This document shows, piece by piece, positions 24,671-34,567 of a stretch of 64,000 bases of DNA. Position numbers and translations under genes: made by a program. The DNA comes from an uncultured Desulfobulbaceae bacterium (GTDB taxonomy: Bacteria; Desulfobacterota; Desulfobulbia; Desulfobulbales; Desulfobulbaceae): NCBI GenBank assembly GCA_964626235.1, contig CAZVDY010000067.1, forward strand, positions 13,539-77,538, written 5' to 3'. The notes under the pieces were generated by a model that had not been told where the DNA came from, did not search any database, and was given only the letters and a program-made list of their open reading frames with translations. Numbering within the stretch: the stretch's first letter is position 1; every line of letters starts with the position of its first letter.

Positions 24671-24895
24671 TCAAGTCTGCAAATCACCGGCTACGGCCCG
24701 AAGAAGAGACCAAAGCTCTGGACAGCGTGCCTGATCCAGGTTCAACACCACCAGGCCCTGTTTTTGGTCAACCGTGGACAGCATGGCCAGGCCGTCATAG
24801 CCTTCAAGAAGAAAGCGGAGCAGGCTGATTCTCTCCGGCCTGATGCGGAGAAATACCTGTACAAGTCGCGGGCTACACCTTGAGCGAAGAGTCAA
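24671..24895 (-). CDS. DUF4911-like small protein
   Basis: ISLLRFLLEGYDGLAMLSTVDQKQGLVVL pattern. Sits immediately after purB, as I recall is common for this family. Overlaps the purB end by 23 nt, so the start is uncertain. Confidence 0.5.
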   Translation of the reverse strand: MTLRSRCSPRLVQVFLRIRPERISLLRFLLEGYDGLAMLSTVDQKQGLVVLNLDQARCPELWSLLRAVAGDLQT

Positions 24896-26315
24896 CTTTT
24901 CCTATCATCTCCTTGTATTTCTGTAAAATCGGAACGACGTGTCCATCAAGAAATTCATCGGTCTGCGCTGCGGCCCTGCCGGTGAATTCCTGGTAATTCT
25001 GCAAGAGTCCCTGCAGCTCGGTCAGGGAAAAGGGGACCCGCGGGTCGCGGGCCAGTCGTTCAAGCAGGTCGTTTTCCCTGCCTTGCTCCTTCACGGCCTG
25101 GCCGGCTGCAACAGAATGCTCACGAATCACCTCGTGCATTTCCTGTCGACTGGCTCCTTTTTCCACACAGGCCATGAGGATCTTTTCCGTGGCCATGAAC
25201 GGAAGCTCGGCTCGAAGATATCTTTCTATTTGTTTTGGGTAAACAACAATATCATTTGTAATATTGATGTATAACTTTAATATTGCATCACAGAGAAGAA
25301 AGGCCTGTGCCAGATCCATTCGGCGGATGGCAGAATCATCCAGAGTTCGCTCAAACCACTGGTTTGCCGCTGTGGCCGCAAAATTGGCAGGGAGGCCCAT
25401 GAGTTTCCTGGCCAGGCCGGTCAGTCGCTCCGACCGCATGGGATTGCGCTTGTAGGCCATGGCAGAGCTGCCCACCTGTTTTTTGGCAAATGGTTCTTCC
25501 TGGACCTTGAGATTGGAGAGCAAGCGCATGTCAACGGCAAACTTGTGGGCAGAGGCCCCGATTCCGGCCAGCACCTCGACAGTCTTCATATCCAACTTCC
25601 GGGGATAGGTCTGGCCGGTTACTGGAAACACTTCGTCAAAGCCCAGCTTGCTGGCAACCAGCTGGTCGAGCTGTCGCACCTTGTCGTGGTCGCCATCAAA
25701 GAGTTCCATGAAGGTGGCCTGGGTCCCCACGGTCCCTTTGGCGCCTCTGGCCTTGAGCTGTTTTTCCAGGTGTTCAATGTAGGTCAAATCCATCAGGAGG
25801 TCTTGCACATAAAGCGTGTTCCGCTTGCCGACCGTGGTGGGCTGGGCTGGCTGGTAGTGGGTAAAGCCAAGGGTCGCCATGTCCCGGTAACGGCGGCAGA
25901 ATCGTTCCAGGTTGGCCATGACGTTGACCAGAGCGCTCTTGATCAGGCGCAGGGCCTTTTTCTGGATGATCAGGTCAGTGTTGCAGACAACGAACTGGGA
26001 CGTGGCTCCCAGGTGAATGATGGCCTCGGCCTTGGGACACTGCAATCCATAGGCATACACGTGGGCCATGACGTCATGCCTGATTTCCTTTTCCTTGGCT
26101 GCGGCCACCTCAAAATCAATGTCTTCGACATGGGCCCTGAGCTCCTCGATCATTTCCCTGGTAACCAGCTTGAGGCCAAGTTCGTGCTGTGCCTCGGCCA
26201 AGGCAACCCAGCAGCGTCTCCAGGTGGTAAACTTGAAACGCTCAGAGAAAAGCTCTTGCATTTCCCGGCTGGTATAGCGACTGACAAGCGGTTCCTGATA
26301 GATATCCCTGTTCAT
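24873..26315 (-). CDS. purB: adenylosuccinate lyase (long, eukaryote-like type)
   Basis: PLVSRYTSREMQELFSERFKFTTWRRCWVALAEAQ N-terminus and the fumarate-lyase signature GSSAMAYKRNP. Confidence 0.9.
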   Translation of the reverse strand: MNRDIYQEPLVSRYTSREMQELFSERFKFTTWRRCWVALAEAQHELGLKLVTREMIEELRAHVEDIDFEVAAAKEKEIRHDVMAHVYAYGLQCPKAEAIIHLGATSQFVVCNTDLIIQKKALRLIKSALVNVMANLERFCRRYRDMATLGFTHYQPAQPTTVGKRNTLYVQDLLMDLTYIEHLEKQLKARGAKGTVGTQATFMELFDGDHDKVRQLDQLVASKLGFDEVFPVTGQTYPRKLDMKTVEVLAGIGASAHKFAVDMRLLSNLKVQEEPFAKKQVGSSAMAYKRNPMRSERLTGLARKLMGLPANFAATAANQWFERTLDDSAIRRMDLAQAFLLCDAILKLYINITNDIVVYPKQIERYLRAELPFMATEKILMACVEKGASRQEMHEVIREHSVAAGQAVKEQGRENDLLERLARDPRVPFSLTELQGLLQNYQEFTGRAAAQTDEFLDGHVVPILQKYKEMIGKVDSSLKV

Positions 26316-26421
26316 TGTCTTGCTCTTCTGTTCCTGGTTATCGACTTATGCTCCAGTTGTCTGTCTTTCTCTTGTGAACAGCAACAATTCTGTAGTCTCT
26401 ATATTGGCGTCAAAGTCTTTA

Positions 26422-26450
26422 ATTAGAGCCCAGATCGCCGGAAAAGTCAA
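26422..26450 (-). promoter_or_regulatory. candidate sigma70-type promoter for purB
   Basis: Minus strand reads TTGACT-17 nt-TCTAAT in the AT-rich gap upstream of purB. Confidence 0.35.
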
Positions 26451-26470
26451 AAATCACCCCATGGTTGGGG
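26446..26470 (-). terminator. candidate Rho-independent terminator downstream of recJ
   Basis: Minus strand reads CCCCA-ACCA-TGGGG followed by TGATTTTTG. Located about 70 nt after the recJ stop. Confidence 0.45.
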
Positions 26471-26540
26471 CAGGAAATTCTAAGACTTTTGCAATGTCGC
26501 ATAATATATATTATGTTAAATTTTATATATCAATATAAAA

Positions 26541-28292
26541 TCAGACAGATGGGTAGATCCCGGTTGCCTGAACCTCAATCCTGCTGCAGCCACGATACAT
26601 GGACCTGCGGAGATTGAAGGTAAGGTCCACTGCCTCAGTAACCAGGTCCCGGCAGGATGCCATGCGAAAACCGATACCCCGCACAGACCCTTTCCTGGTA
26701 GCCAATCTGAACACCAGGTGGTCGCCAGTAACCCGTATGTCCTGCAGCCGCTGCCGAGGCAGCAGGAACACCGGCTCTCTGTTGGCCTCGCCAAATGGTC
26801 CCAGCATTTCGAGGCTCCTGGCAAATGACTGGTCAAGGATTTCATTGACAGTAACCTGACAGTCAACGCGCTCCACTGAACACTCCCTGGTCGGCTCCTG
26901 GACCAGGATGCCGGCCTGCCTGGCAAAGGCCTTGCTGAAGTCTGCTAGCTGGCTGCCATCCACTACCAATCCTGCTGCCATGGCATGACCGCCAAAGGAC
27001 AGGCAATGTTCCCCGCACCTGGTCAACATATCGTAAAGGTTTATGTGCTTGATTGATCTCCCTGAAAATCTGTATGTATTGCCATTGTGCTCAACGGTGC
27101 CGACCAGGGCTGGCAGGCCAAAGGCGTCAACGATCCTGGCTGCCAGGATGCCGATTATTCCCGCGTGCCAGGAGGCATTCCAGAGCACCAGCCCCCGCCT
27201 TCCCCTGTTGACCTGTTCCTCGGCCTGTTCCCTGGCCTGCTCCAGGGCGACCTGTTCCAACTCCTTCCTGGTTTCGTTTGCCTGCTCCAGTTCTCTGCCC
27301 AGCCGATTCGCCTCATCCCAATTGGCTGTCAGCAGCAGGTCAACCGCTGGCGCAAGATTGCCCACCCTGCCGGCAGCATTGATTCTCGGCGCAAGCCTGT
27401 AACTGATGTCTTCTGCCTGGACGATCCCCTCCTCCAGGCCGCTCAGGCTGCACAGTACCTTGATTCCAGGACGGTTTCTTGTGGAAAGCACTTCCAGGCC
27501 AGCCCTGACGAGCACCCTGTTCACTCCCCCGAGGGGCATGACGTCCGCCACGGTGCCCAGGGCGACCAGGTCCAGGTATTGCTTGAGGTTTGGCGCTGTT
27601 TCCCTGGACCAGGTGCCCCTGGATACCAACCTGGAGCGCAATCCCATGAGCAGCACAAATGCCACCCCTGCCCCGGAAAGCAGGGGTTCGCTGAACATGG
27701 TCCTGACCAGCGCAGGGTTCACAAGCACATCAGCCTCGGGAAGACGATCTCCAGGCTGGTGGTGATCGGTAATAATGACCCGGAAACCAAGCTGCTTGGC
27801 AAGGGCCACCTCGTCCACGTCACTGATACCGCAGTCCACGGTAACCAGAAGAGTCGGTCCTGTGGCGCCTCTGGATATTTCATGTAATTTTTTACAATTG
27901 ATGCCGTAACCTTCCGTAATACGGTCCGGAATCACGTGCATGGCCTGGGCGCCGAGTTCTGCAAGAAACCGAACGAGCAGCACGGTTGCACAGATTCCGT
28001 CCACATCGTAATCTCCATACACGACGATTCTGCCTCGGGCGGAAACCGTGTCCAGAATCAGGTCAACAGCCTCGTCAACTCCTGGAAGCAAAAACGGATC
28101 CGGAAGATCAGAAAGCCTCGGATAGAGATGATTCCAGGCCGCTTCCACAGTACGAATCCCCCGTTGCCAGAGAAGCAGGCCTATGGTTTCCGGAACTTGC
28201 AGGGTCCTGGCCATGGCCTGGCAGCGATCCCTTTCCGTACCCACAGGAGATGGAAGTATTTCGTATCGGCTGTTCAGCAAATTAGCGGTCAC
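26541..28292 (-). CDS. recJ: single-stranded-DNA-specific exonuclease RecJ
   Basis: DHH-family motifs: VVYGDYDVDGICAT, VDCGIS, IITDHH, GGHAMAAG. Confidence 0.9.
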   Translation of the reverse strand: MTANLLNSRYEILPSPVGTERDRCQAMARTLQVPETIGLLLWQRGIRTVEAAWNHLYPRLSDLPDPFLLPGVDEAVDLILDTVSARGRIVVYGDYDVDGICATVLLVRFLAELGAQAMHVIPDRITEGYGINCKKLHEISRGATGPTLLVTVDCGISDVDEVALAKQLGFRVIITDHHQPGDRLPEADVLVNPALVRTMFSEPLLSGAGVAFVLLMGLRSRLVSRGTWSRETAPNLKQYLDLVALGTVADVMPLGGVNRVLVRAGLEVLSTRNRPGIKVLCSLSGLEEGIVQAEDISYRLAPRINAAGRVGNLAPAVDLLLTANWDEANRLGRELEQANETRKELEQVALEQAREQAEEQVNRGRRGLVLWNASWHAGIIGILAARIVDAFGLPALVGTVEHNGNTYRFSGRSIKHINLYDMLTRCGEHCLSFGGHAMAAGLVVDGSQLADFSKAFARQAGILVQEPTRECSVERVDCQVTVNEILDQSFARSLEMLGPFGEANREPVFLLPRQRLQDIRVTGDHLVFRLATRKGSVRGIGFRMASCRDLVTEAVDLTFNLRRSMYRGCSRIEVQATGIYPSV

Positions 28293-29260
28293 GTCTCAAT
28301 CATTGCCTCAGGTTTTCCGTCCTGTGCCATGAACCGGTCAACATCTCTCATTATGGCTGTGCGGTCATCCCGATGGTACCAGCGCAGCTCGGCCTGGCGG
28401 CTGAACCAGGTCATCTGTCGCTTGGCATACCGTCTCGTATCCCGGATCAGCGCTGTTTCCATGTCCTTTCTGTCGACCTTGCCACTAAGAAAGCTGACAG
28501 CATGCCGATACCCTATGGCCTGCATGGATGCCAGGTCCGCTCCATAGCCCATATCCAGGAGGGATTCCACCTCTTCCAGCAGGCCTTGCCTGAGCATGAG
28601 ATGGGTACGCTCGCTGATCCGTTTGTACAGCCGTTCTCTGCTGCACTGCAGGCCTGCCTGGAACAGCCTGGAAAACCAGACCGGCGGCCGGCCCTTTTCC
28701 TGCCTGGCCAGGTGTTCCGTCCAGGTCGTGCCGGTGAGCTGGTAGATCTCCAGGCCCCGCAGGAGACGCTGGGTGTCTTGGACATGGATACGGGCAGCCG
28801 TTTCCGGATCGATGGCTGCCAGTTCGCTGAACAGTTGCTGCCGCCCTTCCCTCTGCAACCGCTCCAGCAATCCCTGCCTGACCTGCGGATCCGTGGGAGG
28901 TGCGGAAAACAGTCCCTGCAGCAGGGCCTTCAGGTAGAGGCCGGTGCCGCCGGTTATCAGTGCGCCCCGTCCCTGCAGCTGCAGTCTTTCCAGGACCTGC
29001 CTGCAGTCACGGACAAACTTGCTGGCATCGTACTGTTCGTCTGGATCAAGAATATCGATGAGGTGATGGGGAATAGCCGCCAGTTCGGCCGGTGAAGGCT
29101 TGGCCGTGCCGATATCCATATACCGGTAGACCTGCATGGAATCCATGCTGATGATCTCGCAGTCGTGGCGGCTGGCGATCTGCAGGGCAAGACCGGTCTT
29201 GCCGATGGCGGTGGGTCCTGCGAGGACAAGAACCGGGATGGTGATCCGGGTCATGATCAT
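28289..29260 (-). CDS. miaA: tRNA dimethylallyltransferase
   Basis: LAGPTAIGKTGLAL P-loop, MDSMQVYRYMDIGTAKP. The start ATG overlaps the comEA-like stop (ATGA). The track ORF's 5' extension to 29617 lies over the comEA-like gene in another frame. Confidence 0.9.
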   Translation of the reverse strand: MIMTRITIPVLVLAGPTAIGKTGLALQIASRHDCEIISMDSMQVYRYMDIGTAKPSPAELAAIPHHLIDILDPDEQYDASKFVRDCRQVLERLQLQGRGALITGGTGLYLKALLQGLFSAPPTDPQVRQGLLERLQREGRQQLFSELAAIDPETAARIHVQDTQRLLRGLEIYQLTGTTWTEHLARQEKGRPPVWFSRLFQAGLQCSRERLYKRISERTHLMLRQGLLEEVESLLDMGYGADLASMQAIGYRHAVSFLSGKVDRKDMETALIRDTRRYAKRQMTWFSRQAELRWYHRDDRTAIMRDVDRFMAQDGKPEAMIET

Positions 29261-29811
29261 TGGAAGCAGAGGTGAGCGGCAAGGCGCCTGGCCAGGGATG
29301 GGCTGATTCCCCGCACCGCGGACAGCTCCCCGGCTGACCTGATATGACCAAACCGACGGCGGTGGGCGATGATCCGTGCCGCCAGGGTCGGACCGATACC
29401 TGGCAGGGTCGCCAAGGTCTCCCTGTCGGCCCGGTTTACCGGAATCTTTGCTGCAGCAAAGGGAGCCAGCCTGGCCGGCCAGGCTGCACACTCCTCCTCC
29501 GTACCGGTAAAGACCCGCCGGACAGTGGCCATTTCCCCGCCAATGGCTTCCCGCAGTCTGGCAAGGGTTTCCGCCCTGTGCAGCCGGCCCTGCCCGGCAA
29601 CCTGCGGAACAACCCACCAGTAGGAGGAGGGGCGGGCCCGGCTGCTCCCATCCTGGTCTGCGAGCCAGCTCGACCCGATCAGGGCGACGACAATCAGGAG
29701 CACATGCAGCCGCCTGTCCCGGCGGCCGTTCCCTCCCCCGGAAACCACCGGTGTCCCGCCAACCTCCAGGTTCAGGGACTGGAAAGCCGGTTTATGGCCG
29801 GCCGTTCTCAT
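29257..29811 (-). CDS. comEA: ComEA-like helix-hairpin-helix DNA-binding protein
   Basis: N-terminal TM segment (VLLIVVALIGSSWL) and C-terminal HhH pair (LATLPGIGPTLAARII...LSAVRGISPSLARRL). Confidence 0.7.
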   Translation of the reverse strand: MRTAGHKPAFQSLNLEVGGTPVVSGGGNGRRDRRLHVLLIVVALIGSSWLADQDGSSRARPSSYWWVVPQVAGQGRLHRAETLARLREAIGGEMATVRRVFTGTEEECAAWPARLAPFAAAKIPVNRADRETLATLPGIGPTLAARIIAHRRRFGHIRSAGELSAVRGISPSLARRLAAHLCFQ

Positions 29812-31387
29812 CCTTCATCAGCTTGTAGTTGATGGAATCCACCAGGGCCTGCCAGCTTGCCTCGATGATATTGAAGGACACCCCCACGGTGCCCCATTGG
29901 CTGCTCCTGTCCCGGCTCTCCACCAGGACCCGGACCTTGGCCCCCGTGCCCCGCTCGCCGGACAGGACCCGGACCTTGTAGTCGATGAGCTCCATCTCCT
30001 CGAGGTTGGGATAGAACCGGGTCAGGGCCTTGCGCAGCGCCCTGTCCAGCGCGTTGACCGGCCCGTCTCCCATGGAGGCGGTATGCTCTTCCTGTCCTTC
30101 CACATAGAGCCGGATGGTCGCCTCGGTCAGGGGGGCCTTGTCCATGCGGTACTTGTTGTTCATCACCCGGAATCCTTCCAGTTTGAAATACTCCTTCTGC
30201 AGGCCCATGGCCCGCCGCATGAGGAGTTCGAAACTGGCCTCGGCCCCCTCGTACTGGTAGCCCCGGTTTTCCAGTTCCTTGAGCTCGCGGACAATGGTCT
30301 GCATGACCGGATCGTCACCATCCAGCTTGAGGCCGTACTTCTTGGCCTTGTGAAGGACGTTGGACCGGCCGGCCTGGTCCGAGATCAGGATCCTGCGGAT
30401 ATTGCCCACCTTTTCCGGCTCGATGTGTTCGTAGGTCAGGGGATTGCGCTCCACGGCGCTCACGTGGATGCCTCCCTTGTGGGCAAAGGCCGACTCTCCC
30501 ACATAGGGCTGGTACCGGTTGTGGGGCAGGTTGGCCAGCTCGTTGACCAGCCTGGAGGTGGAGTAGAGCTTGTCGATATTCTGGCCCACCGAGGATTCCA
30601 ATCCCATCTTGAAGACCACGGCAGGTATGATGGAGGTGAGGTTGGCGTTTCCGCACCGCTCTCCATAGCCGTTGATCGTTCCCTGGACCTGGTCCACCCC
30701 CAGGGAGACAGCCAGGAGGGCATTGCCCACCGCTGTCTCGGAGTCGTTGTGGGTGTGAATTCCTAGGGAGACCTCGGCGCCCTGCTCCCGGATAAATTGC
30801 TGCACCCGTTCGATGATGGGGCCGATCTCGTGGGGCAGGGTGCCGCCGTTGGTGTCGCAGAGGACCAGGGTCTCGGCTCCGCCGGCAATGGCACGCCCCA
30901 GGGTGGCCAGGCAGTATTCCCGGTTGTTCTTGAAGCCATCGAAAAAATGCTCTGCATCGTAGATCAGGTGCTGTACCCGCGAGCGGAGATAGCGCAGCGA
31001 ATCCTCGATGATCTGCAGGTTGTCTTCCAGCTCGATCCGCAGGGCGTCATGCACGTGAATGTCCCAGCTTTTGCCGAAAATGGTGATAGCCGGCGTCCTG
31101 GCGGCCAGCAGGGCCTGTAGGTTGGGATCCCGGTCCGGGGCGTTCTGGAAATGGCGGGTGGAGCCGAAGGCGGTCAGCCGGGCGTGCCTGAGGCTGATCT
31201 TCTGCATCCGTTGGAAGTATTCGACCGCCTGAGGGTTGGATCCCGGCCATCCTCCCTCGATATAGTCGATTCCGAGCTTGTCCAGCTGCCTGGTGATCCT
31301 GATCTTGTCGTCAACGGACAGGTTGAAGTTTTCCGCCTGGGTGCCGTCCCGGAGGGTCGTGTCGTAGAACTCTATTGATCGGGCCAT
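29792..31387 (-). CDS. cimA: citramalate synthase (LeuA/CimA family, type with C-terminal LeuA-dimer domain)
   Basis: FYDTTLRDGTQ, GIHTHNDSE and the overall length. Start taken at MARSIEF. Assignment of cimA versus leuA is by recalled resemblance to Geobacter-type CimA. Confidence 0.8.
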   Translation of the reverse strand: MARSIEFYDTTLRDGTQAENFNLSVDDKIRITRQLDKLGIDYIEGGWPGSNPQAVEYFQRMQKISLRHARLTAFGSTRHFQNAPDRDPNLQALLAARTPAITIFGKSWDIHVHDALRIELEDNLQIIEDSLRYLRSRVQHLIYDAEHFFDGFKNNREYCLATLGRAIAGGAETLVLCDTNGGTLPHEIGPIIERVQQFIREQGAEVSLGIHTHNDSETAVGNALLAVSLGVDQVQGTINGYGERCGNANLTSIIPAVVFKMGLESSVGQNIDKLYSTSRLVNELANLPHNRYQPYVGESAFAHKGGIHVSAVERNPLTYEHIEPEKVGNIRRILISDQAGRSNVLHKAKKYGLKLDGDDPVMQTIVRELKELENRGYQYEGAEASFELLMRRAMGLQKEYFKLEGFRVMNNKYRMDKAPLTEATIRLYVEGQEEHTASMGDGPVNALDRALRKALTRFYPNLEEMELIDYKVRVLSGERGTGAKVRVLVESRDRSSQWGTVGVSFNIIEASWQALVDSINYKLMKDENGRP

Positions 31388-31447
31388 GTCGTTTACCCCT
31401 TTTTGCCACAAGATTCATTGCAGTGCACGGCAAGGCCGCACAGTCCC

Positions 31448-32686
31448 CTACTCCTCCTCCACAGGCAGGTTTTCCTTGTCCAGGGCAAAGGCGTCGTGCA
31501 GGGCCCTAACGGCCAGTTCGGCATACTTTTCAGCTATCACGCAGGAGACCTTGATTTCCGAGGTGGAGATCATCATGATGTTGATCCCTTCCTTGGCCAT
31601 GATCTGAAACATGGTCGAAGCGATGCCGGAATGGTTGCGCATGCCGACGCCCACGATGGAAACCTTGACGATGGATTGATCGCCGGTGACCGACTCGGCA
31701 CCGATATCTTCTGCCACCTGTTTCAGAATCTCCATGGCCCGGGCATAGTCGTTCCGCATCACAGTGAAGGTCATGTCCGTGAGGTGCCCTTCCCTGGTAT
31801 TCTGAATAATCATGTCCACCAGGATACCGGCATCGGAGATCGGCAGAAAGATCTTGGCAGCGATACCTGGCTGATCCGGCACCTTCTTGATGGTGATCCG
31901 TGCCTCGTTTCTGTTATAGGTGATTCCCGATACCAGCATGGATTCCATGATCTTGTCCTCCTCAACAACCCAAGTTCCCTCGTTTTCGGAAAAAGTGGAC
32001 CGGACATGCAGCGGCACCCGGTACCGTTTGGCCAGTCCGACAGAGCGGATATCCAGAACCTTGGCCCCCAGGCTGGCCAGTTCGAGCATCTCGTCATAGG
32101 AGATCTTGTCGATCTTCCTGGCCTGCCGGCAGATGTTGGGATCCGTGGTGTACACCCCGTCCACATCGGTGAATATCTCGCAGGCATCGGCCCCCAGGGC
32201 GGCCGCCAGGGCCACGGCCGTGGTATCCGAACCTCCCCGGCCCAGGGTGGTGATATCGCCCTCATCGTCCACGCCCTGAAAGCCGGCGATCACCACGATC
32301 TTGCCGCTGTCCAGGTGTTTTCTGATGGACCCGGTGTCGATATTCCTGATCCTGGCTCGGGTGTGCATGTTGTCCGTGTGGATGGCCACCTGGTCACCGA
32401 GCAAGGAGATGGCCTCCATGCCGGCCTCCTTGACCGCCATGGCAAAGAGGGCGATGGTCACCTGTTCGCCAGTGGAAAGCAGCATGTCCATCTCTCTCCG
32501 GTTGGGTATCCGCTGGATGTCGTTGGCCAGGGCAACCAGCCGGTCCGTCTCTCCGGCCATGGCCGACAGGACGACCACCATCTGGTTGCCCTGTTTCTGC
32601 ACCTTCATGACCCGCCTGGCAACGGCCTTGATCTTTTCCGTGGAGCCGACCGAGGTGCCACCGAATTTCTGTACAATCAGCGCCAT
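31448..32686 (-). CDS. lysC: aspartate kinase
   Basis: MALIVQKFGGTSVG, TLGRGGSDTTA and a C-terminal ACT pair. Confidence 0.9.
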   Translation of the reverse strand: MALIVQKFGGTSVGSTEKIKAVARRVMKVQKQGNQMVVVLSAMAGETDRLVALANDIQRIPNRREMDMLLSTGEQVTIALFAMAVKEAGMEAISLLGDQVAIHTDNMHTRARIRNIDTGSIRKHLDSGKIVVIAGFQGVDDEGDITTLGRGGSDTTAVALAAALGADACEIFTDVDGVYTTDPNICRQARKIDKISYDEMLELASLGAKVLDIRSVGLAKRYRVPLHVRSTFSENEGTWVVEEDKIMESMLVSGITYNRNEARITIKKVPDQPGIAAKIFLPISDAGILVDMIIQNTREGHLTDMTFTVMRNDYARAMEILKQVAEDIGAESVTGDQSIVKVSIVGVGMRNHSGIASTMFQIMAKEGINIMMISTSEIKVSCVIAEKYAELAVRALHDAFALDKENLPVEEE

Positions 32687-32868
32687 GATATTGCCTTTTG
32701 TTTGTGTTTTCCTGTAAAGTTCAGGTCTGTTGCCGCCCGGTCACACTGTGAAACCATGGGGCAGAACTGTTGAATTTAAGACAAAATCCGAAATTTGCAA
32801 CTCAAACCGGTCACCGCCGGAAACAAATTATGCAAAAGACCCAGACATCACCGTCAGAACCGGTCTCC

Positions 32869-33327
32869 ATGCAGGTCGTCCTGGTCGAGCCCGAGATACC
32901 GCCCAACACCGGGTCCATCGCCAGACTGTGCGGAGCCACCGACTCTGTCCTCCACCTGGTGCATCCCCTGGGCTTCAGCACCGACGACCGTCACCTGAAG
33001 CGGGCCGGTCTCGACTACTGGCCCCATGTACGCATCAGGCACTGGCCCTCCCTGGATGCCTTTCTCGATGCCCAGGATGAGGAAAAACTCTTCCTGTTCA
33101 CCACCAAGACGGCCCGACCCTTCTGGCAGGCCAGCTTCAGTCCCGGTGATTTTCTTGTTTTCGGCAAGGAGACCAGGGGACTGCCGGAAGAAATTCTTGC
33201 GCTGTATCATGACCGATGTTATACCATTCCGATGGAAAATCCGCATATTCGCAGCCTCAACCTGGCCATGAGCGCCGGCATCGTGCTGTACGAGGCCCTG
33301 CGCCAGCAGCACCGGCACTCACTGTGA
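32869..33327 (+). CDS. trmL: tRNA (cytidine/uridine-2'-O)-methyltransferase TrmL (SpoU family)
   Basis: MQVVLVEPEIPPNTGSIARLC is colinear with the E. coli TrmL N-terminus. An alternative upstream ATG exists at 32830. Confidence 0.85.
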   Translation: MQVVLVEPEIPPNTGSIARLCGATDSVLHLVHPLGFSTDDRHLKRAGLDYWPHVRIRHWPSLDAFLDAQDEEKLFLFTTKTARPFWQASFSPGDFLVFGKETRGLPEEILALYHDRCYTIPMENPHIRSLNLAMSAGIVLYEALRQQHRHSL

Positions 33328-33446
33328 CTCCCCCGGTGCGGCCCATGGCGGGACAGGCCGAGCAAGCCGTGACGACCAGGAACAAGCAACAGGTTTTCCG
33401 TTCAGGAATTCAACATAGTTACTACCAGTCAGACAAGGAGAGCAAG

Positions 33447-34529
33447 ATGCCAGAACGAGTCTACAACTTCAGCCCCGGACCGGCCACCCTGCCCTACACC
33501 GTCCTCCAGGAAGCTGCCCGGGATATCGTCAACTATCACGATACCGGGATCGGCCTGATCGAGCTGAGCCACAGGAGCCGCGAGTTCATGGAGGTGGCCG
33601 AACAGACCGAGGCCCTGATCCGTGAACTGCTTGCCGTTCCGAAGAATTACAAAATACTCTTCCTTCAGGGCGGCGCCTCGTCCCAGTTTTTCATGATCCC
33701 CATGAATCTCCTGGGTAACGGCAAAAAGGCCACCTACCTCAACACCGGCACCTGGTCAAAAAAGGCAATCAAGGAGGCCAGGCTGTTCGGCGACATCGAG
33801 GTGGCCTTTTCCAGCGAGGCCGAGAGTTTCAACCGGGTGCCGGACGCAGATGAATACCAGGTGGATCCGGCCAGCGAATACCTCTACTTTGTTTCCAACA
33901 ACACCATCTACGGCACCCAGTTCCGGGAATTTCCCGACACCGACACCATGCTGGTCTGCGATATGTCTTCGGACATCCTCTCGCGGCCCGTGGATGTCAG
34001 CCGGTTCGGCATCATTTTTGCCGGGGCCCAGAAGAACATGGGCCCGGCAGGCGTAACCGTGGTCATCATCCGGGACGACCTCCTGGACCGCGCCCCGGAC
34101 AACGTTCCCACCATGCTCCGTTACAAGACCCATGCCGACAAGGGGTCCATGTTCAACACCCCGCCCTGCTTCGCCATCTACTGCGTGGGCCGGGTGATGC
34201 AGTGGCTCAAGGACCTGGGCGGCGTGGAGGCCATCGCCGCCATGAACGAGGACAAGGCCGCCCTGCTCTACCAGGCCATCGATGCGACGGATTTCTATCG
34301 CGGCCACGCCGAGCCGGCCTCACGCTCACTGATGAATATCTCCTTCAACCTGCCCACTCCAGAGCTGGAACAGCAGTTTATTGCCGAGGCGGCGGCCGAG
34401 GGCTTGAACGGACTCAAGGGACACCGGTCCATCGGCGGCTGCCGGGCCTCCATCTACAACGCCTTTCCCAGGGAGGGAGTGGAAAAGCTCGTCTCCTTTA
34501 TGGAGGACTTTGCTGGTCGCCACGGCTGA
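33447..34529 (+). CDS. serC: phosphoserine aminotransferase
   Basis: VYNFSPGPATLP N-terminus. AAGGAG RBS 7-12 nt upstream of ATG 33447. GAQKNMGPAG (PLP Lys). Confidence 0.9.
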   Translation: MPERVYNFSPGPATLPYTVLQEAARDIVNYHDTGIGLIELSHRSREFMEVAEQTEALIRELLAVPKNYKILFLQGGASSQFFMIPMNLLGNGKKATYLNTGTWSKKAIKEARLFGDIEVAFSSEAESFNRVPDADEYQVDPASEYLYFVSNNTIYGTQFREFPDTDTMLVCDMSSDILSRPVDVSRFGIIFAGAQKNMGPAGVTVVIIRDDLLDRAPDNVPTMLRYKTHADKGSMFNTPPCFAIYCVGRVMQWLKDLGGVEAIAAMNEDKAALLYQAIDATDFYRGHAEPASRSLMNISFNLPTPELEQQFIAEAAAEGLNGLKGHRSIGGCRASIYNAFPREGVEKLVSFMEDFAGRHG

Positions 34530-34567
34530 TCAGCCATCCTGGCCCGGATGCGGGGAAGGAACGGGAA

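Noticed and set aside
28289-29617. 5' extensions of track ORFs, such as miaA to 29617, mqnA to 57221, ggt from 11820, MORN from 7552, serC from 33216 and the radical SAM gene from 34202. Also the periplasmic helical protein (Spy/CpxP-like candidate) to 44960.
   Set aside because: The extensions overlap the upstream gene in another frame and are compositionally aberrant. Family N-termini and ATGA/RBS contexts point to internal starts.
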